A DNA stretch of 64,000 nucleotides from an uncultured Dehalococcoidales bacterium (lineage in GTDB: Bacteria; Chloroflexota; Dehalococcoidia; GIF9; AB-539-J10): positions 3,670-67,669 of the forward strand of contig CAZDXE010000001.1 in NCBI GenBank assembly GCA_964509565.1, given 5' to 3'. The position numbers and the translations under genes were made by a program. The notes below the pieces were generated by a model. The model did no database searches. It was given only the letters and a program-made list of their open reading frames with translations, and was not told the DNA's origin. Positions 28,410 to 38,549 of the stretch are shown in pieces; position 1 is the first letter of the stretch, and every line of letters begins with the position of its first letter.

Positions 28410-29429
28410 TCAAAGAAAGATTTTCAGAATGTAAGCAATGATCCAACCCAGAATGCCGCATGCGGGAAAAGTAAAAATCCAGGTCAACACGATATCTCTG
28501 GCTATCCCCCACCGTACTGCAGAAAGACGCCTCGTGGCCCCCACCCCCATAATGGCAGAACTCACACAATGCGTGGTGCTTACTGGAATGCCATAATGCG
28601 AAGCAAGCTCAATGACAGTAGACGCCGATGCCGTTGCTGTAAATCCCTGGACAGGACGTAAGGTAGTCATCTTTAACCCTAATGTTTTGATGACTCGCCA
28701 TCCACCAATAGCAGTGCCAAAGCTAATTGAAGCCGCAGAAACAACTATGACCCACCACGTATTAGAATCTAACAATGAGAGGTGCTGCCATAAACTACTA
28801 TCATAATAAGGAGAAGTTACCAGCGCCATCATAATCAAGCCAATAGGCATTTGCCCATCGTTCTTACCATGGCTATAGGCCAGGAAGGCCGACGAAAGTA
28901 TATGTAACTTACTAAAAATACTTCGTATCTTTGACGGTCTGGTTTTTTGGAAGAGCCATAATATGGCTAACATTGCCAAAAAACCGCCTCCAAAACCCAG
29001 AAGGGGGGCAAAACCGACTGCCGAAAATACTCTTGCAAGAGTTCTCCAAATGATGATTTTCGTGCTCATCATAGCCATGCCAGCTCCCACCAACCCCGCT
29101 ACTAATCCGTGGGTCAAACTAATAGGCATGCCATAATGTGTAGTAACAACAGCCCAGATGATAATCGCCATAACGCCAGAAAGAACAATGCCCATAGTCA
29201 AAAATTCAGGGTCAATAATCCCCTTGCCGATAGTTATCGCCACCGCATTACCCGTGGCTGCTCCAGCGAATTCAAAAAAGGCTGCCATGATTATGGCAGC
29301 ACGAGGAGAAAGGGTGCGGGTGCCGATTACCGTAGCAACAGAATTGGCAGCGTCATTAAAACCATTGGCTATGCCAAAGCCAACAGCTGCTGTAATTATT
29401 AAAATTAACAGTATTTGAGGGTTAGGCAT
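28410..29429 (-). CDS. Inorganic phosphate transporter, PiT family
   Basis: GFNDAANSVATVIGTR.. and a repeated ..HGKNDGQ.. PiT signature. Multi-TM. Confidence 0.88.
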   Translation of the reverse strand: MPNPQILLILIITAAVGFGIANGFNDAANSVATVIGTRTLSPRAAIIMAAFFEFAGAATGNAVAITIGKGIIDPEFLTMGIVLSGVMAIIIWAVVTTHYGMPISLTHGLVAGLVGAGMAMMSTKIIIWRTLARVFSAVGFAPLLGFGGGFLAMLAILWLFQKTRPSKIRSIFSKLHILSSAFLAYSHGKNDGQMPIGLIMMALVTSPYYDSSLWQHLSLLDSNTWWVIVVSAASISFGTAIGGWRVIKTLGLKMTTLRPVQGFTATASASTVIELASHYGIPVSTTHCVSSAIMGVGATRRLSAVRWGIARDIVLTWIFTFPACGILGWIIAYILKIFL

Positions 29430-30078
29430 ACTTCAATACTATACCTTCGAGCACATTGGCCACATCTTCTCCCCTATCAGTAGCATCCTCCAAATGTTGA
29501 TATATCTCACGCCATTTAATTATCCTGCACGCATCAGTGCCATTTTTGAACAGTTCAGTTTGGGCACTATGATGTATATCATCGGCTTCGTTTTCCAGGC
29601 TGTTAATTTCCACACACTGCTCTAGAATTTGCGGGAATTGGTTATGGTGTCGCAAACAAGGCATCACTTCGTTTAGTTTATCAGCGACTCTGGATATGAT
29701 CATGGTTAGTTCTTGCGCCCTTGCAGTGGGTTTGGTAACCCCATAAAGGAAAGCAGTTCTGCCTGCAGCCTCGATAAAATCCATCATATCGTCCAGGCTG
29801 TGGGCAAGGGAAGCGATATCTTCTCTATCGATAGGAGTCACAAAGGTGCGATGCAGTCGCTGCATTATCTCATGCGTTATAACATCACCATGGCTTTCCA
29901 TATCTTTGAGTCCTTTTGCTTTCATTTCAACATCTGTATAATTTTCGAATAGGTCAACAAGTTTTCCTGCAGCAAGAACCAGGTTAGCAGTATCCTGTTC
30001 AAACAAGTCATAAAATTTAGTATCTCTAGGTGTCAATAAAAATTTAGGCAAGGCACACCTCCTTTCCCTCAGCGCCAA
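29422..30078 (-). CDS. DUF47 (PhoU-like) phosphate-transport regulator associated with PiT
   Basis: ..KFYDLFEQDTANLVLAAGKLVDLF.. is a typical TIGR00153/DUF47 N-terminus. 8-nt overlap with the PiT gene. The exact start is uncertain. Confidence 0.8.
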   Translation of the reverse strand: MALRERRCALPKFLLTPRDTKFYDLFEQDTANLVLAAGKLVDLFENYTDVEMKAKGLKDMESHGDVITHEIMQRLHRTFVTPIDREDIASLAHSLDDMMDFIEAAGRTAFLYGVTKPTARAQELTMIISRVADKLNEVMPCLRHHNQFPQILEQCVEINSLENEADDIHHSAQTELFKNGTDACRIIKWREIYQHLEDATDRGEDVANVLEGIVLKYA

Positions 30079-30125
30079 GGATATCAGTAAACACAGATGG
30101 TCTCCTACTTTTATGCAATGTTATA

Positions 30126-31466
30126 TCATAACATAGGTTTCCCCCACCAAGCTTTCAACCTGGCATCAATTTCCACTTCATAACCCTGGTCACCGGGAAT
30201 GTAATAGCGCTTGCCTTTAAGAGAGTGCGGCAAATTCTGTTGCTTTACAAAATGTCCAGGGTAATCATGGGCATATTTATAGCCCTGTCCATATCCAATC
30301 TGACGCATCAAAGATGTCGTAGGGTTACGTAACCAAAGTGGCACCGGTTCATTGCGGCTGTGCTCTAAATCCTGTTGCACTCGAGAATAAGCCTGATATA
30401 AAGAGTTGCTTTTAGGAGCCGAGGCCAGAAATACCACTGCCTCAGCCAGAGCCAGATTGGCCTCGGGCATACCAACAAAATGAACTGCTTGCTGAGCAGC
30501 TACGGCTAACACCAGAGCTTGTGGGTCAGCCATACCTACATCTTCACAAGCGAAACGCACTAAACGACGAGCAATATAAAGAGGGTCCTCTCCACTTTCA
30601 ACCATACGACCCAACCAATATAAGGCGGCATCAGGGTCAGAACCACGCAGAGACTTATGCAGGGCAGACATAATCTCATAGTGCTGATCACCACTCTTGT
30701 CATAAGGTAATGCCCGATGTTGTAATGCATCCTCAACGTCTGGCAATTTTATTCGGCGATTACCATCATTATCAGGCAAAGTAACAGACACCGCCATCTC
30801 CAAAACATTAAGAGCTACCCGAGCATCGCCATTGGACATGGTCACCAGGTGATTAAAAGCTTCCTCATCCATAGTTACTTTCAACGCTCCCAGCCCCTGT
30901 TCACTATTTTTTAGAGCTCGCTCTACAATGAATCGAACCTGTTTATTTGTAAGCAAGTTTAATTGAAAAACCCGACACCGCGAAAGTAAAGGTGATACAA
31001 CTTCAAAAGAAGGATTTTCTGTAGTAGCCCCAATAAGAATCACCGTGCCATTTTCTACAAATGGAAGCACAGCATCTTGCTGTGCCTTATTAAAGCGATG
31101 AATTTCATCTATAAAAAAAATTGTTCGCTGTCCTGATAATTTTAATCTCTGCTCAGCTTCCCTGGTGATACGACGCAGATCAGCCACCCCAGCGCTAACA
31201 GCAGTCAAAGAGCTGAAATGCGATTTAGTATTCCGCGCTATAATACAAGCTAAACTTGTTTTACCACTCCCTGGGGGGCCCCAGAGAATCATTGATGGCA
31301 GGCAATTTGTTTCAATGCATCTTCTGAGCACCTTGCCTTTACCCAACAAGTGTTCCTGTCCCACAAAATCAGCGAAGCTCTGCGGGCGCATTTTTGCCGC
31401 CAAAGGCATAGCATCAGCCGAGTTCTCCTTTTGCTGCAAGTTGAAAAGAGGCATCTCCAAACCCAT
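30126..31466 (-). CDS. rarA: Replication-associated recombination protein A (RarA/MgsA AAA+ ATPase)
   Basis: Walker [15 protein letters not shown], Walker [16 protein letters not shown], arginine finger, C-terminal MgsA-specific domain. The ATG overlaps the AMMECR1 stop (TAATG). Confidence 0.9.
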   Translation of the reverse strand: MGLEMPLFNLQQKENSADAMPLAAKMRPQSFADFVGQEHLLGKGKVLRRCIETNCLPSMILWGPPGSGKTSLACIIARNTKSHFSSLTAVSAGVADLRRITREAEQRLKLSGQRTIFFIDEIHRFNKAQQDAVLPFVENGTVILIGATTENPSFEVVSPLLSRCRVFQLNLLTNKQVRFIVERALKNSEQGLGALKVTMDEEAFNHLVTMSNGDARVALNVLEMAVSVTLPDNDGNRRIKLPDVEDALQHRALPYDKSGDQHYEIMSALHKSLRGSDPDAALYWLGRMVESGEDPLYIARRLVRFACEDVGMADPQALVLAVAAQQAVHFVGMPEANLALAEAVVFLASAPKSNSLYQAYSRVQQDLEHSRNEPVPLWLRNPTTSLMRQIGYGQGYKYAHDYPGHFVKQQNLPHSLKGKRYYIPGDQGYEVEIDARLKAWWGKPML

Positions 31467-31981
31467 TATTTAAATCTCTTCACCTGGAAACGGTAAAGCT
31501 TAACAGCATCAGCAGGTGATATTCCTGCCTTGAGTCGGCATATTTCGATCTGCCGCTCAACTGTGTCTATACCCTCCAGGTCGGGCAGTAAAAGACCCTT
31601 CCTGGAACCACTCTCCACAATCAATCCATATTCTTTAGGGTCAAGCTGATTCGCATCTTCAACTGGCTCTGGTTTAGTAAGAATATCCACGCTATACTCC
31701 AGTTCAGCTAACTCAGCTGCAACAATTGAGGGGAAACGAGGGTCTCTAGTAGCTGAACTAATAGCATTAGCTATAATTTCCTCAGCCACGTTATCCTTAG
31801 CTGGCTCAAAGGTGCCGATGCAGCCTCTTAGCACTCCATATTTGTGAATAGAAACAAAAACGCCAGCTCGTTTCTTCATTTCTGGGCTAAGCTCTTTCGG
31901 CTGAAGTATTGTGCTATCCCGAAGATAATTCTCTACCGTTTCCTTGGCTAATTTCACTATAGGGTTAAGTTCCTCTTTCAT
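31466..31981 (-). CDS. AMMECR1-domain protein (AmmeMemoRadiSam system component)
   Basis: ..[22 protein letters not shown].. conserved AMMECR1 core with the CxG motif. 171 aa. Confidence 0.85.
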   Translation of the reverse strand: MKEELNPIVKLAKETVENYLRDSTILQPKELSPEMKKRAGVFVSIHKYGVLRGCIGTFEPAKDNVAEEIIANAISSATRDPRFPSIVAAELAELEYSVDILTKPEPVEDANQLDPKEYGLIVESGSRKGLLLPDLEGIDTVERQIEICRLKAGISPADAVKLYRFQVKRFK

Positions 31982-32106
31982 AAATACCTCCTCATAATTA
32001 TACTATTCCGGCGTTAGTTCATTATAACTTTGTCTCTGAGCTTCTATTTAACTCTCTCCTTTTTTCTCCATCCCCCAATGGGACAAAATTAAACCGCATT
32101 TCACTT

Positions 32107-33126
32107 TCATCTTGATTTTGTCCTGAAATTAAGTTCGCTTCCACAAAATTTACATCTGGACTTATCCAGCCCCAATACTTCAGCACTATAGCCAATTCGT
32201 CGAACAATTAACTTACCACAAGAATAACAAACAGTATTTTCGTATTCGTGCCCTGAGACATTACCCAGATAGACAAACTTTAGCCCCGTTTTTTTGCCAA
32301 TCTGGTAAGCCTTTTCCAATGTAGATATTGGCGTAGGCATCAGGTGATTTAAATTACGCATAGGGTAAAAACGAGTTACATGCCAGGGAGTAAGTTCGCC
32401 CAGGTTATCCCGAATCCAGGCAGCAATACCGCTGAGTTGCTCCTCATCATCATTCATAGTAGGAACAATATTAGTTACCACCTCAACATGCATATCCCAT
32501 TTGTCTTTAGCTCGTTTAGCCATATCCAGAATGCCACGCCAGTGAGGGATTTTAGTTAATCGACGATAAAAGCCATCGTTAAAGCCTTTAACATCAACTC
32601 TCCATGCATCAAGGTAAGGGCCTATAGTATCTAAAGCCTCAGGAGTAATATAGCCATTGGTAACATAAGCAGTATAAAAACCATTTTCCTTAGCCAACCT
32701 GGCTGAATCCAGTGTATATTCAAACCATATGGAAGGTTCATTATAAGTCCAGGCAATTCCAACGCAATTATATTTCCTGGCTAATTCTATCTCTTTCTCT
32801 GGCAATAGCTGTTGTGAGGTGTCTGGAATATCAACACAGGAAATCTCCCAGTTCTGGCAATCCTGGCAATGGAAATTGCATCCCCATGTACCCAGGGAGA
32901 AAGCATTAGTCCCAGGGAAAAAGTGGAATAGAGGTTTCTTCTCAATAGGGTCGACTGCCAATGACGATACTTCAGCATAATTCATGGTATATAAAATGCC
33001 ATCACGATTAATACGCATGCGACAGACGCCCAATTTTCCCGGATTAATCAGGCAGCGCCACTGGCAAACATTACACCTTACCCTTCCTCCAGACAGTTTT
33101 TCATAAAGTATCGCTTCCCTCTCCAT
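32107..33126 (-). CDS. AmmeMemoRadiSam-system radical SAM activating enzyme
   Basis: N-terminal C..C.WRC zinc-ribbon-like motif, then radical SAM cluster CNFHCQDCQNW (CxxxCxxC), PflA-like fold. 125 nt upstream of the AMMECR1 gene on the same strand. Confidence 0.85.
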   Translation of the reverse strand: MEREAILYEKLSGGRVRCNVCQWRCLINPGKLGVCRMRINRDGILYTMNYAEVSSLAVDPIEKKPLFHFFPGTNAFSLGTWGCNFHCQDCQNWEISCVDIPDTSQQLLPEKEIELARKYNCVGIAWTYNEPSIWFEYTLDSARLAKENGFYTAYVTNGYITPEALDTIGPYLDAWRVDVKGFNDGFYRRLTKIPHWRGILDMAKRAKDKWDMHVEVVTNIVPTMNDDEEQLSGIAAWIRDNLGELTPWHVTRFYPMRNLNHLMPTPISTLEKAYQIGKKTGLKFVYLGNVSGHEYENTVCYSCGKLIVRRIGYSAEVLGLDKSRCKFCGSELNFRTKSR

Positions 33127-33153
33127 TATGAGCTATTATATCATCACTGATAA

Positions 33154-33750
33154 ATGCTTATTATTGGAATAACCGGCAACATCGGTAGCGGCAAAAGCAC
33201 AGTTTGCCAAATTCTGGCTAAACTCGGTGTTCCTACTATTGATGCCGATAAATTAGCACATGAGGTTTACAAACCGTATAGCCAAATCTGGCAGGAATTA
33301 ATCAACGTCTTTGGTAAAAATATTATGAAGGTGAACGGAGAAATCGACCGCCAAAAATTAGGGCAACTAGTCTTTTCCAGTCCTCATGCTCTAGCTCAAC
33401 TAAACCGAATAGTGCACCCCCGCATATATTGTATGGTTCAAGAGAGAATCGAAAATTACAGCCGCCAGGGAGTTGAAGCTGTCACAGTAGAAGCTGCTCT
33501 ACTCATCGAAGCGGGCTGGACAAAACTGGTAGATAGGGTATGGGTAGTAATAACCTCCGATAACACAGTACATCAAAGGCTCACCCAACACAAAGAAATA
33601 AGCACAGTGCAGATATTGTCCAGGCTCAGGTCACAGATGCCAGCAAGTGAAAAGATGAAATACGCCGACGAGATAATTTACAATGATGGCGATATAACTC
33701 AGCTCGAAACCAGGGTAACTGAACTCTGGCACACATTCAGCACGACGTAA
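33154..33750 (+). CDS. coaE: Dephospho-CoA kinase
   Basis: MLIIGITGNIGSGKSTV P-loop and ..DADKLAHEV.. Only 27 bp separate this start codon from the divergent radical-SAM gene start. Confidence 0.9.
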   Translation: MLIIGITGNIGSGKSTVCQILAKLGVPTIDADKLAHEVYKPYSQIWQELINVFGKNIMKVNGEIDRQKLGQLVFSSPHALAQLNRIVHPRIYCMVQERIENYSRQGVEAVTVEAALLIEAGWTKLVDRVWVVITSDNTVHQRLTQHKEISTVQILSRLRSQMPASEKMKYADEIIYNDGDITQLETRVTELWHTFSTT

Positions 33751-33763
33751 ATGTGTAGCGAAA

Positions 33764-35368
33764 TTAGTACTGTTTTATCCAAACTTTGCTCAAATCGGCA
33801 ATACCTAGCGGGTTAAATTCGTAATCCTGAACATAGGGTTTAACCAATGTATAGTTAATGCCAAACCATAACGGTAAGCAAGGAGCTGCCTCTATCACCT
33901 CCTGTTCAGCTTGCTGATACATGCTCAAGCGAATAGAGTTATCCTGTTCAATGGCAGCTTGAGTAAGCAACTTATCCAGCTCAGGATTGCTATAGCCAAA
34001 AATATTATTCTCGCTTCCAGTGTAAAACAGGTTATCCAAAAAATTATGTGGGTCGGGATAATCAGCCACCCAACCAAGCATAAACATCTCATCTCTCTCC
34101 TGCTTTATGTAATAAAGGTAATTCTCTGGCTCCAGTTGCCTTACCATTACTTCAACCCCAATATCCTGCTGCCACCCCTGGACAATAGCGCCCAGAGAAT
34201 CTGGAATATCATTACCATAACCTGAAACGGTGATGGTAATGGGCGGTAGATTCGAAGCGCTACCATATTTCGAAGCAGCAATAAATTCCGTTGCCTTTGC
34301 TACGTTGTAGTTAAGGCCTTCAAAATTTTCACTATAACCTGGCATGCCAGGTGGCAAAATGCCCTTAGCTTCAGTTACCATATCCCTTAATATCAACCTA
34401 ACAATGCGTCCCTTATCCACAGCACTGCAAAAAGCACGGCGAATATTAATATCATCGAAAGGAGCCCTGGTGATATCAAAGCCTATATAATAAAGGCTAA
34501 GCTCAGGCGTTATATCTAATTCCTGGTAAAATGGTTCACTTTTATCTCTAACCTGGTCGATGTAATACATGGAAACAGAAGTGATATCAATTTCGTCCTT
34601 CTCATACATAGTCATAGGCATACCCGACAGGAAATGAAAAATAACCTGTTTCACTCCGGCTGGTTGGCCGTAATAAAGCTCATTTCGTCGCAAAATCAAT
34701 TGCTGTTCCGGCTTCCATTCCTCCAGCTTGAAAGGGCCAGTCCCATCTGGCTGACGCCACCAATTTTCCCCAGTTTCCACGTTAACTCTATCAACAACAA
34801 ATGCAGTAGGATATGTCAACTTGCACAGGAAATAAGCTTTAGGAGCATCACTGGTTACCTCAAGGGTATAATCATCAAGGACTTTTACTCCTGAGATTTC
34901 TCCAACCTCGCCAGTTAGCATATCACTGGCGCCCACAATATCACCCAGATAAGTAGCTGCTGTTTGAGAGTCGGTAGCCGGGTCACAAGCACGTTCCCAG
35001 GAATATTTAAAATCGGTAGCCTTTACCTCTCTGCCACTATGAAACTTTACTTCGTGGCGAAGATAGAAAGTGTATGTTTTACCATCCTCGCTTCTCTCCC
35101 ACCTCTCTGCGATATCAGGCACCACATTTAGATTCTCATCAAGACGAACCAGGCCGCTAAAGATTTGCATGATATAGGCATGTGACGTCATTTCGCTGGA
35201 AATCGCTGGGTCAAGCGTTACAGGGCTACTGCCGCAAAGATCAAGGACATCATGGTTGAGTGATAATCCTTCAGGTTGACAACCGAGTGAAGGCAACAGC
35301 AATAGGACACACATAATGAGAGGTACCAGAATAGATTGCCAGATTTTTTTCATCATTTTGCTCTTCAC
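33764..35368 (-). CDS. ABC transporter substrate-binding protein, family 5 (oligopeptide/dipeptide/nickel OppA/DppA-like), lipoprotein
   Basis: Signal/lipobox LLLLPSLGC. SBP_bac_5 architecture. 534 aa. Confidence 0.85.
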   Translation of the reverse strand: MKSKMMKKIWQSILVPLIMCVLLLLPSLGCQPEGLSLNHDVLDLCGSSPVTLDPAISSEMTSHAYIMQIFSGLVRLDENLNVVPDIAERWERSEDGKTYTFYLRHEVKFHSGREVKATDFKYSWERACDPATDSQTAATYLGDIVGASDMLTGEVGEISGVKVLDDYTLEVTSDAPKAYFLCKLTYPTAFVVDRVNVETGENWWRQPDGTGPFKLEEWKPEQQLILRRNELYYGQPAGVKQVIFHFLSGMPMTMYEKDEIDITSVSMYYIDQVRDKSEPFYQELDITPELSLYYIGFDITRAPFDDINIRRAFCSAVDKGRIVRLILRDMVTEAKGILPPGMPGYSENFEGLNYNVAKATEFIAASKYGSASNLPPITITVSGYGNDIPDSLGAIVQGWQQDIGVEVMVRQLEPENYLYYIKQERDEMFMLGWVADYPDPHNFLDNLFYTGSENNIFGYSNPELDKLLTQAAIEQDNSIRLSMYQQAEQEVIEAAPCLPLWFGINYTLVKPYVQDYEFNPLGIADLSKVWIKQY

Positions 35369-36585
35369 CTATTAAGATGCCTGTTGAAACCAGTAACGGG
35401 GTTAATTGACGACACGGCAACTGTGCCAGGGTGTAACAATACTGTTTCCGCTGGAACCGCTGGAGTCACTAATGTTTCTCGCCAGCATACATCAAGCCCA
35501 TCCACATCAAAACCGTAAATTTCAGTCAAAGCTTCATCATAAGTGCTGCCATATTTAAGTATCGTTAGTAAGTTGAGCATTTTTTGCTGGCCATAATTAT
35601 GCAAGAGATATTCCACCAGGCTATAACTCTCAGCATACGAAAGGCAGGCTTTATCAGTCTCGGCAGAAAATAAACTGCACAAACTACGCACCGAAATCAA
35701 TTCGCCCTCTGAGATAGCACTATTTAGCCGCGTGCGGAAATAAGAACCCAGTTCACCCTGGTTATACATAGCCAATCCTTCATCAAGCCACGTAGGAAGC
35801 CTGCCATAAGGGCTGAAGGTCGTTTGGTGAACAACCAGGTGAGTCAATTCATGAACTAGAGCCTCCTTGCCCCAATCAATGTTATCAGGTGAAATGCCAA
35901 TGGCAATTATACTAAATTCAGTAAAGGCAACACCGCCTGTCCATTCCTGAGGAAAAATCATGGCTTCCTGTAAATCCATGGCTGAGGCATAAACATATAT
36001 CTTGATAGGTTTTTGTGGATAGGTGCCAAGATCTCGAGTTAATCTGTCAAGCCCCTGCTGACAGGCATCCATTAACTCCAAGGCAAAGGAGTCATCTCCT
36101 TTATACCAGAAAAGTGTTAGCTCATTATTTTCACCCTCAAGAGCCTGCGATTCATCAGGGAATTTACTACTGGTCAAACTTTGCCATTGATAACGATCAT
36201 CATCAAAGTGAATTACAGCAGGCAAAGTTTCAATTTCGTTTCCAATAGCATCCCTGATTGTCCACCAGTATGTTACAGTAGCCCCGGAAGGTAAGCTTGA
36301 TTTCCTCATATCCCATGTCCAGCTAGTCTTTATTTTGCTTGCTGGAGTAAAATCAGGCCAACCCTCACTGATAACTCGTGCGTAGTTCATTTTATCCACA
36401 TAATACTTGAGACGAGCATCGACAATATCAGCCTCACTCTCAGCTTCGATGTTGAAGACAAGCGCAACGGGAAAACGCAGCTCCACATCACTATCTAAAA
36501 CCACAATACCGCTATCAGCCTTAACAAAAGAAGATGTGCATATTGAAAAGAGTGCTAAAGCCATCAGGATGATTCGTTTAATCAT
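35365..36585 (-). CDS. Secreted hypothetical protein with peptidase-MA-like HExxH...E zinc-binding motif
   Basis: Signal peptide MIKRIILMALALFSICTSSFVKA. ..ALVHELTHLVVHQ...WLDEGLAMYNQ.. is HExxH plus a downstream Glu, as in gluzincins. Start and stop overlap neighbours by 4 nt on both sides. Confidence 0.6.
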   Translation of the reverse strand: MIKRIILMALALFSICTSSFVKADSGIVVLDSDVELRFPVALVFNIEAESEADIVDARLKYYVDKMNYARVISEGWPDFTPASKIKTSWTWDMRKSSLPSGATVTYWWTIRDAIGNEIETLPAVIHFDDDRYQWQSLTSSKFPDESQALEGENNELTLFWYKGDDSFALELMDACQQGLDRLTRDLGTYPQKPIKIYVYASAMDLQEAMIFPQEWTGGVAFTEFSIIAIGISPDNIDWGKEALVHELTHLVVHQTTFSPYGRLPTWLDEGLAMYNQGELGSYFRTRLNSAISEGELISVRSLCSLFSAETDKACLSYAESYSLVEYLLHNYGQQKMLNLLTILKYGSTYDEALTEIYGFDVDGLDVCWRETLVTPAVPAETVLLHPGTVAVSSINPVTGFNRHLNR

Positions 36586-37686
36586 TTCTCTTCGCCTACT
36601 TTGGAACGGAGATAAGCAGCGATAAACTTATCCAAATCACCATCCAATACAGCTTCAGCATTACCGGTTTCGCAACCAGTGCGATGATCCTTCACCATCT
36701 TATATGGATGAATGACATAGCTTCTAATTTGATTTCCCCACTCAACTTTGACCTGTTCACCCTTGAGCCTGGCTTTTTCCTTTTTCTTATTCTCACGCTC
36801 TAACTCAAGAAGACGCGTATAAAGTATTTTTAAAGCAGCTTCTTTGTTCTGGTGCTGTGATCTCTCACCCTGGCAGGAAGATGTTAACCCTGTAGGCAAG
36901 TGAGTTATCCTAACAGCGCTGCTTGTTTTCTGCATATGTTGCCCTCCAGGGCCGCTGGATCTGAAAGTATCTATTCTTAAATCCTCCTGGTTGATTTGAA
37001 TATCCAATTCCTTGTCTGCTTCGGGAAGAACCTCCACCATGGCAAAAGAGGTATGTCTGGCATGGTCGGCATCAAAAGGGGAAAGACGAACCAATCTATG
37101 GACACCATGCTCACATTTAAGATAGCCATAAGCGTAATCTCCTTTAATTTCTATAATGGCACTTTTGATGCCCGCTTCCTCGCCAGGAGAGACATCCAGA
37201 ATTTCGCTGTGGTAGTTACGTCTCTCTACCCATCGCAAATACATCCTGAACAACATACTGGTCCAATCCTGAGATTCTGTGCCTCCCGCGCCAGCATGAA
37301 AAGCTACTATGGCATTCCTGGTATCATACTCGCCGCTAAGAACTAATTGATTCTCTAATCGTTCGAACTGAGCGGTTATTTGCTGCAGTTCTTGCTGCAC
37401 CTCCTTCTCAAGAGAATGATCGTCTTCCTCAATAGCCAGATCAACCATCTCACAAAGATCAGTGACCTGTTTTTCTATCTCGCACCAGCTAGAAACTAGA
37501 CTCTGTTCCACTCTGAGGTGACGCATAGTAGCTTGAGCTTTGACTGGGTCATGCCAAAAATTAGGGCCAGCTGATTCTGTCTCTATCCTGGCAATCTCCT
37601 TTTCTTTTCCTGAAATGTCAAAGATGCACCATTATATCTGAAATCTGGTGACGTAGCGTTTCCAGCCGTTCTTTTTCTTCCTGCAT
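36582..37686 (-). CDS. prfB: Peptide chain release factor 2, requiring programmed +1 frameshift
   Basis: Frame 0 from the ATG at 37684-37686 (SD AAGGAG) encodes MQEEKERLETLRHQISDIMVHL and then hits TGA within CTT TGA C. A +1 shift continues DISGKEKEIARIE..., which joins the 314-aa track ORF. That ORF carries RF2 motifs (..SGPGGQHMQKTSSAVRITHLPTG.., GGQ) and an SPF-type domain. Confidence 0.9.
37617..37623 (-). other. RF2 autoregulatory +1 frameshift site CTT-TGA-C
   Basis: On the minus strand, CAT CTT TGA CAT: codon 22 is Leu (CTT), followed by in-frame UGA and then C. This is the same heptamer used in E. coli prfB. A weak GGTG SD-like sequence lies 5 nt upstream. Confidence 0.85.
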
Positions 37687-37721
37687 TTGTGCTCCTTTTA
37701 CTAATTAAAATAGTTTTCCTG

Positions 37722-38480
37722 CTACTTCGGTTCAGAGGATAATTTGCCGGCGGCGGCAAGGTGAGCCAGACGAGTAGGTTCAGGAAGGCGATACCCACGA
37801 CAGCACTTCATCACCCAATTTAGAGCCATTGTAAGGTTAACTTTATGGCCTACAGAGACATAAATTGGCTTTACTTTGACCTTAGTTCTCAATGCCGCTC
37901 CAACAATTTCTCCACTGTTAATCAATCCAGCAAAAGAGCCAGCTTCCTCCCCTACAAGCTCATGCTTGCCACACAGAATAGATTTAGCACAACCTATAGT
38001 AGGTATGTCAAGGAAAAGCCCTAAATGCGAAGCAAGCCCTAACTTCCTGGGATGTGCAATACCTTGGCCATCAACCAGAACAATGTCAGGAGTATTATAC
38101 AGCATTTCACAAACAGCCAATATTACGGGGCACTCTCGAAAAGATAGTAGTCCTGGTATATAAGGCAAAGTAACCTTGCTTTTGGTCACTTTAACTTCCA
38201 CTATGTTAAGTTCGGGGTACCCAAGTACTACCACTGCCCCTCGGGCCATGCCATGAGAATCTGGAGAAGATATATCCACGCCGGCAACAAGTTGTGGATT
38301 AATATCCTTATCAGTAATCACTACCTTACTTGCCAGCTTTAATTGTATTTCCCTGGCTTTGGCAAGGCTTACATCCCACCTGTGTAGATTGTTTATTTTC
38401 ACACCAACTTGAATTATAAGATAGTTTCCCCTGAAAACAAATACTCCAGCGTTCCGATTTGCCAATACTATTTTACCCAT
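37722..38480 (-). CDS. nfi: Endonuclease V (deoxyinosine 3' endonuclease)
   Basis: ..LVAGVDISS..ARGAVVVLGYP..LPYIPGLLSFRECP..PDIVLVDGQGIAHPRKLGLASHLG..IPTIGCAKS.. aligns to EndoV throughout. The true start may be the internal GTG at about 38402, since E. coli Nfi begins near the equivalent of WDVSLAKA. Confidence 0.82.
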   Translation of the reverse strand: MGKIVLANRNAGVFVFRGNYLIIQVGVKINNLHRWDVSLAKAREIQLKLASKVVITDKDINPQLVAGVDISSPDSHGMARGAVVVLGYPELNIVEVKVTKSKVTLPYIPGLLSFRECPVILAVCEMLYNTPDIVLVDGQGIAHPRKLGLASHLGLFLDIPTIGCAKSILCGKHELVGEEAGSFAGLINSGEIVGAALRTKVKVKPIYVSVGHKVNLTMALNWVMKCCRGYRLPEPTRLAHLAAAGKLSSEPK

Positions 38481-38549
38481 AAAGTATATTTCGCTATACT
38501 ATCCACATAGAGGATAAGAAATTTTTAAAGCAAGGAGGAGAGAAGACAG

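Noticed and set aside
37583-37798. 71-aa ORF upstream of and overlapping the prfB 5' region
   Set aside because: It lies in the wrong frame across the RF2 frameshift leader. The region is fully explained by the two-frame prfB reading.
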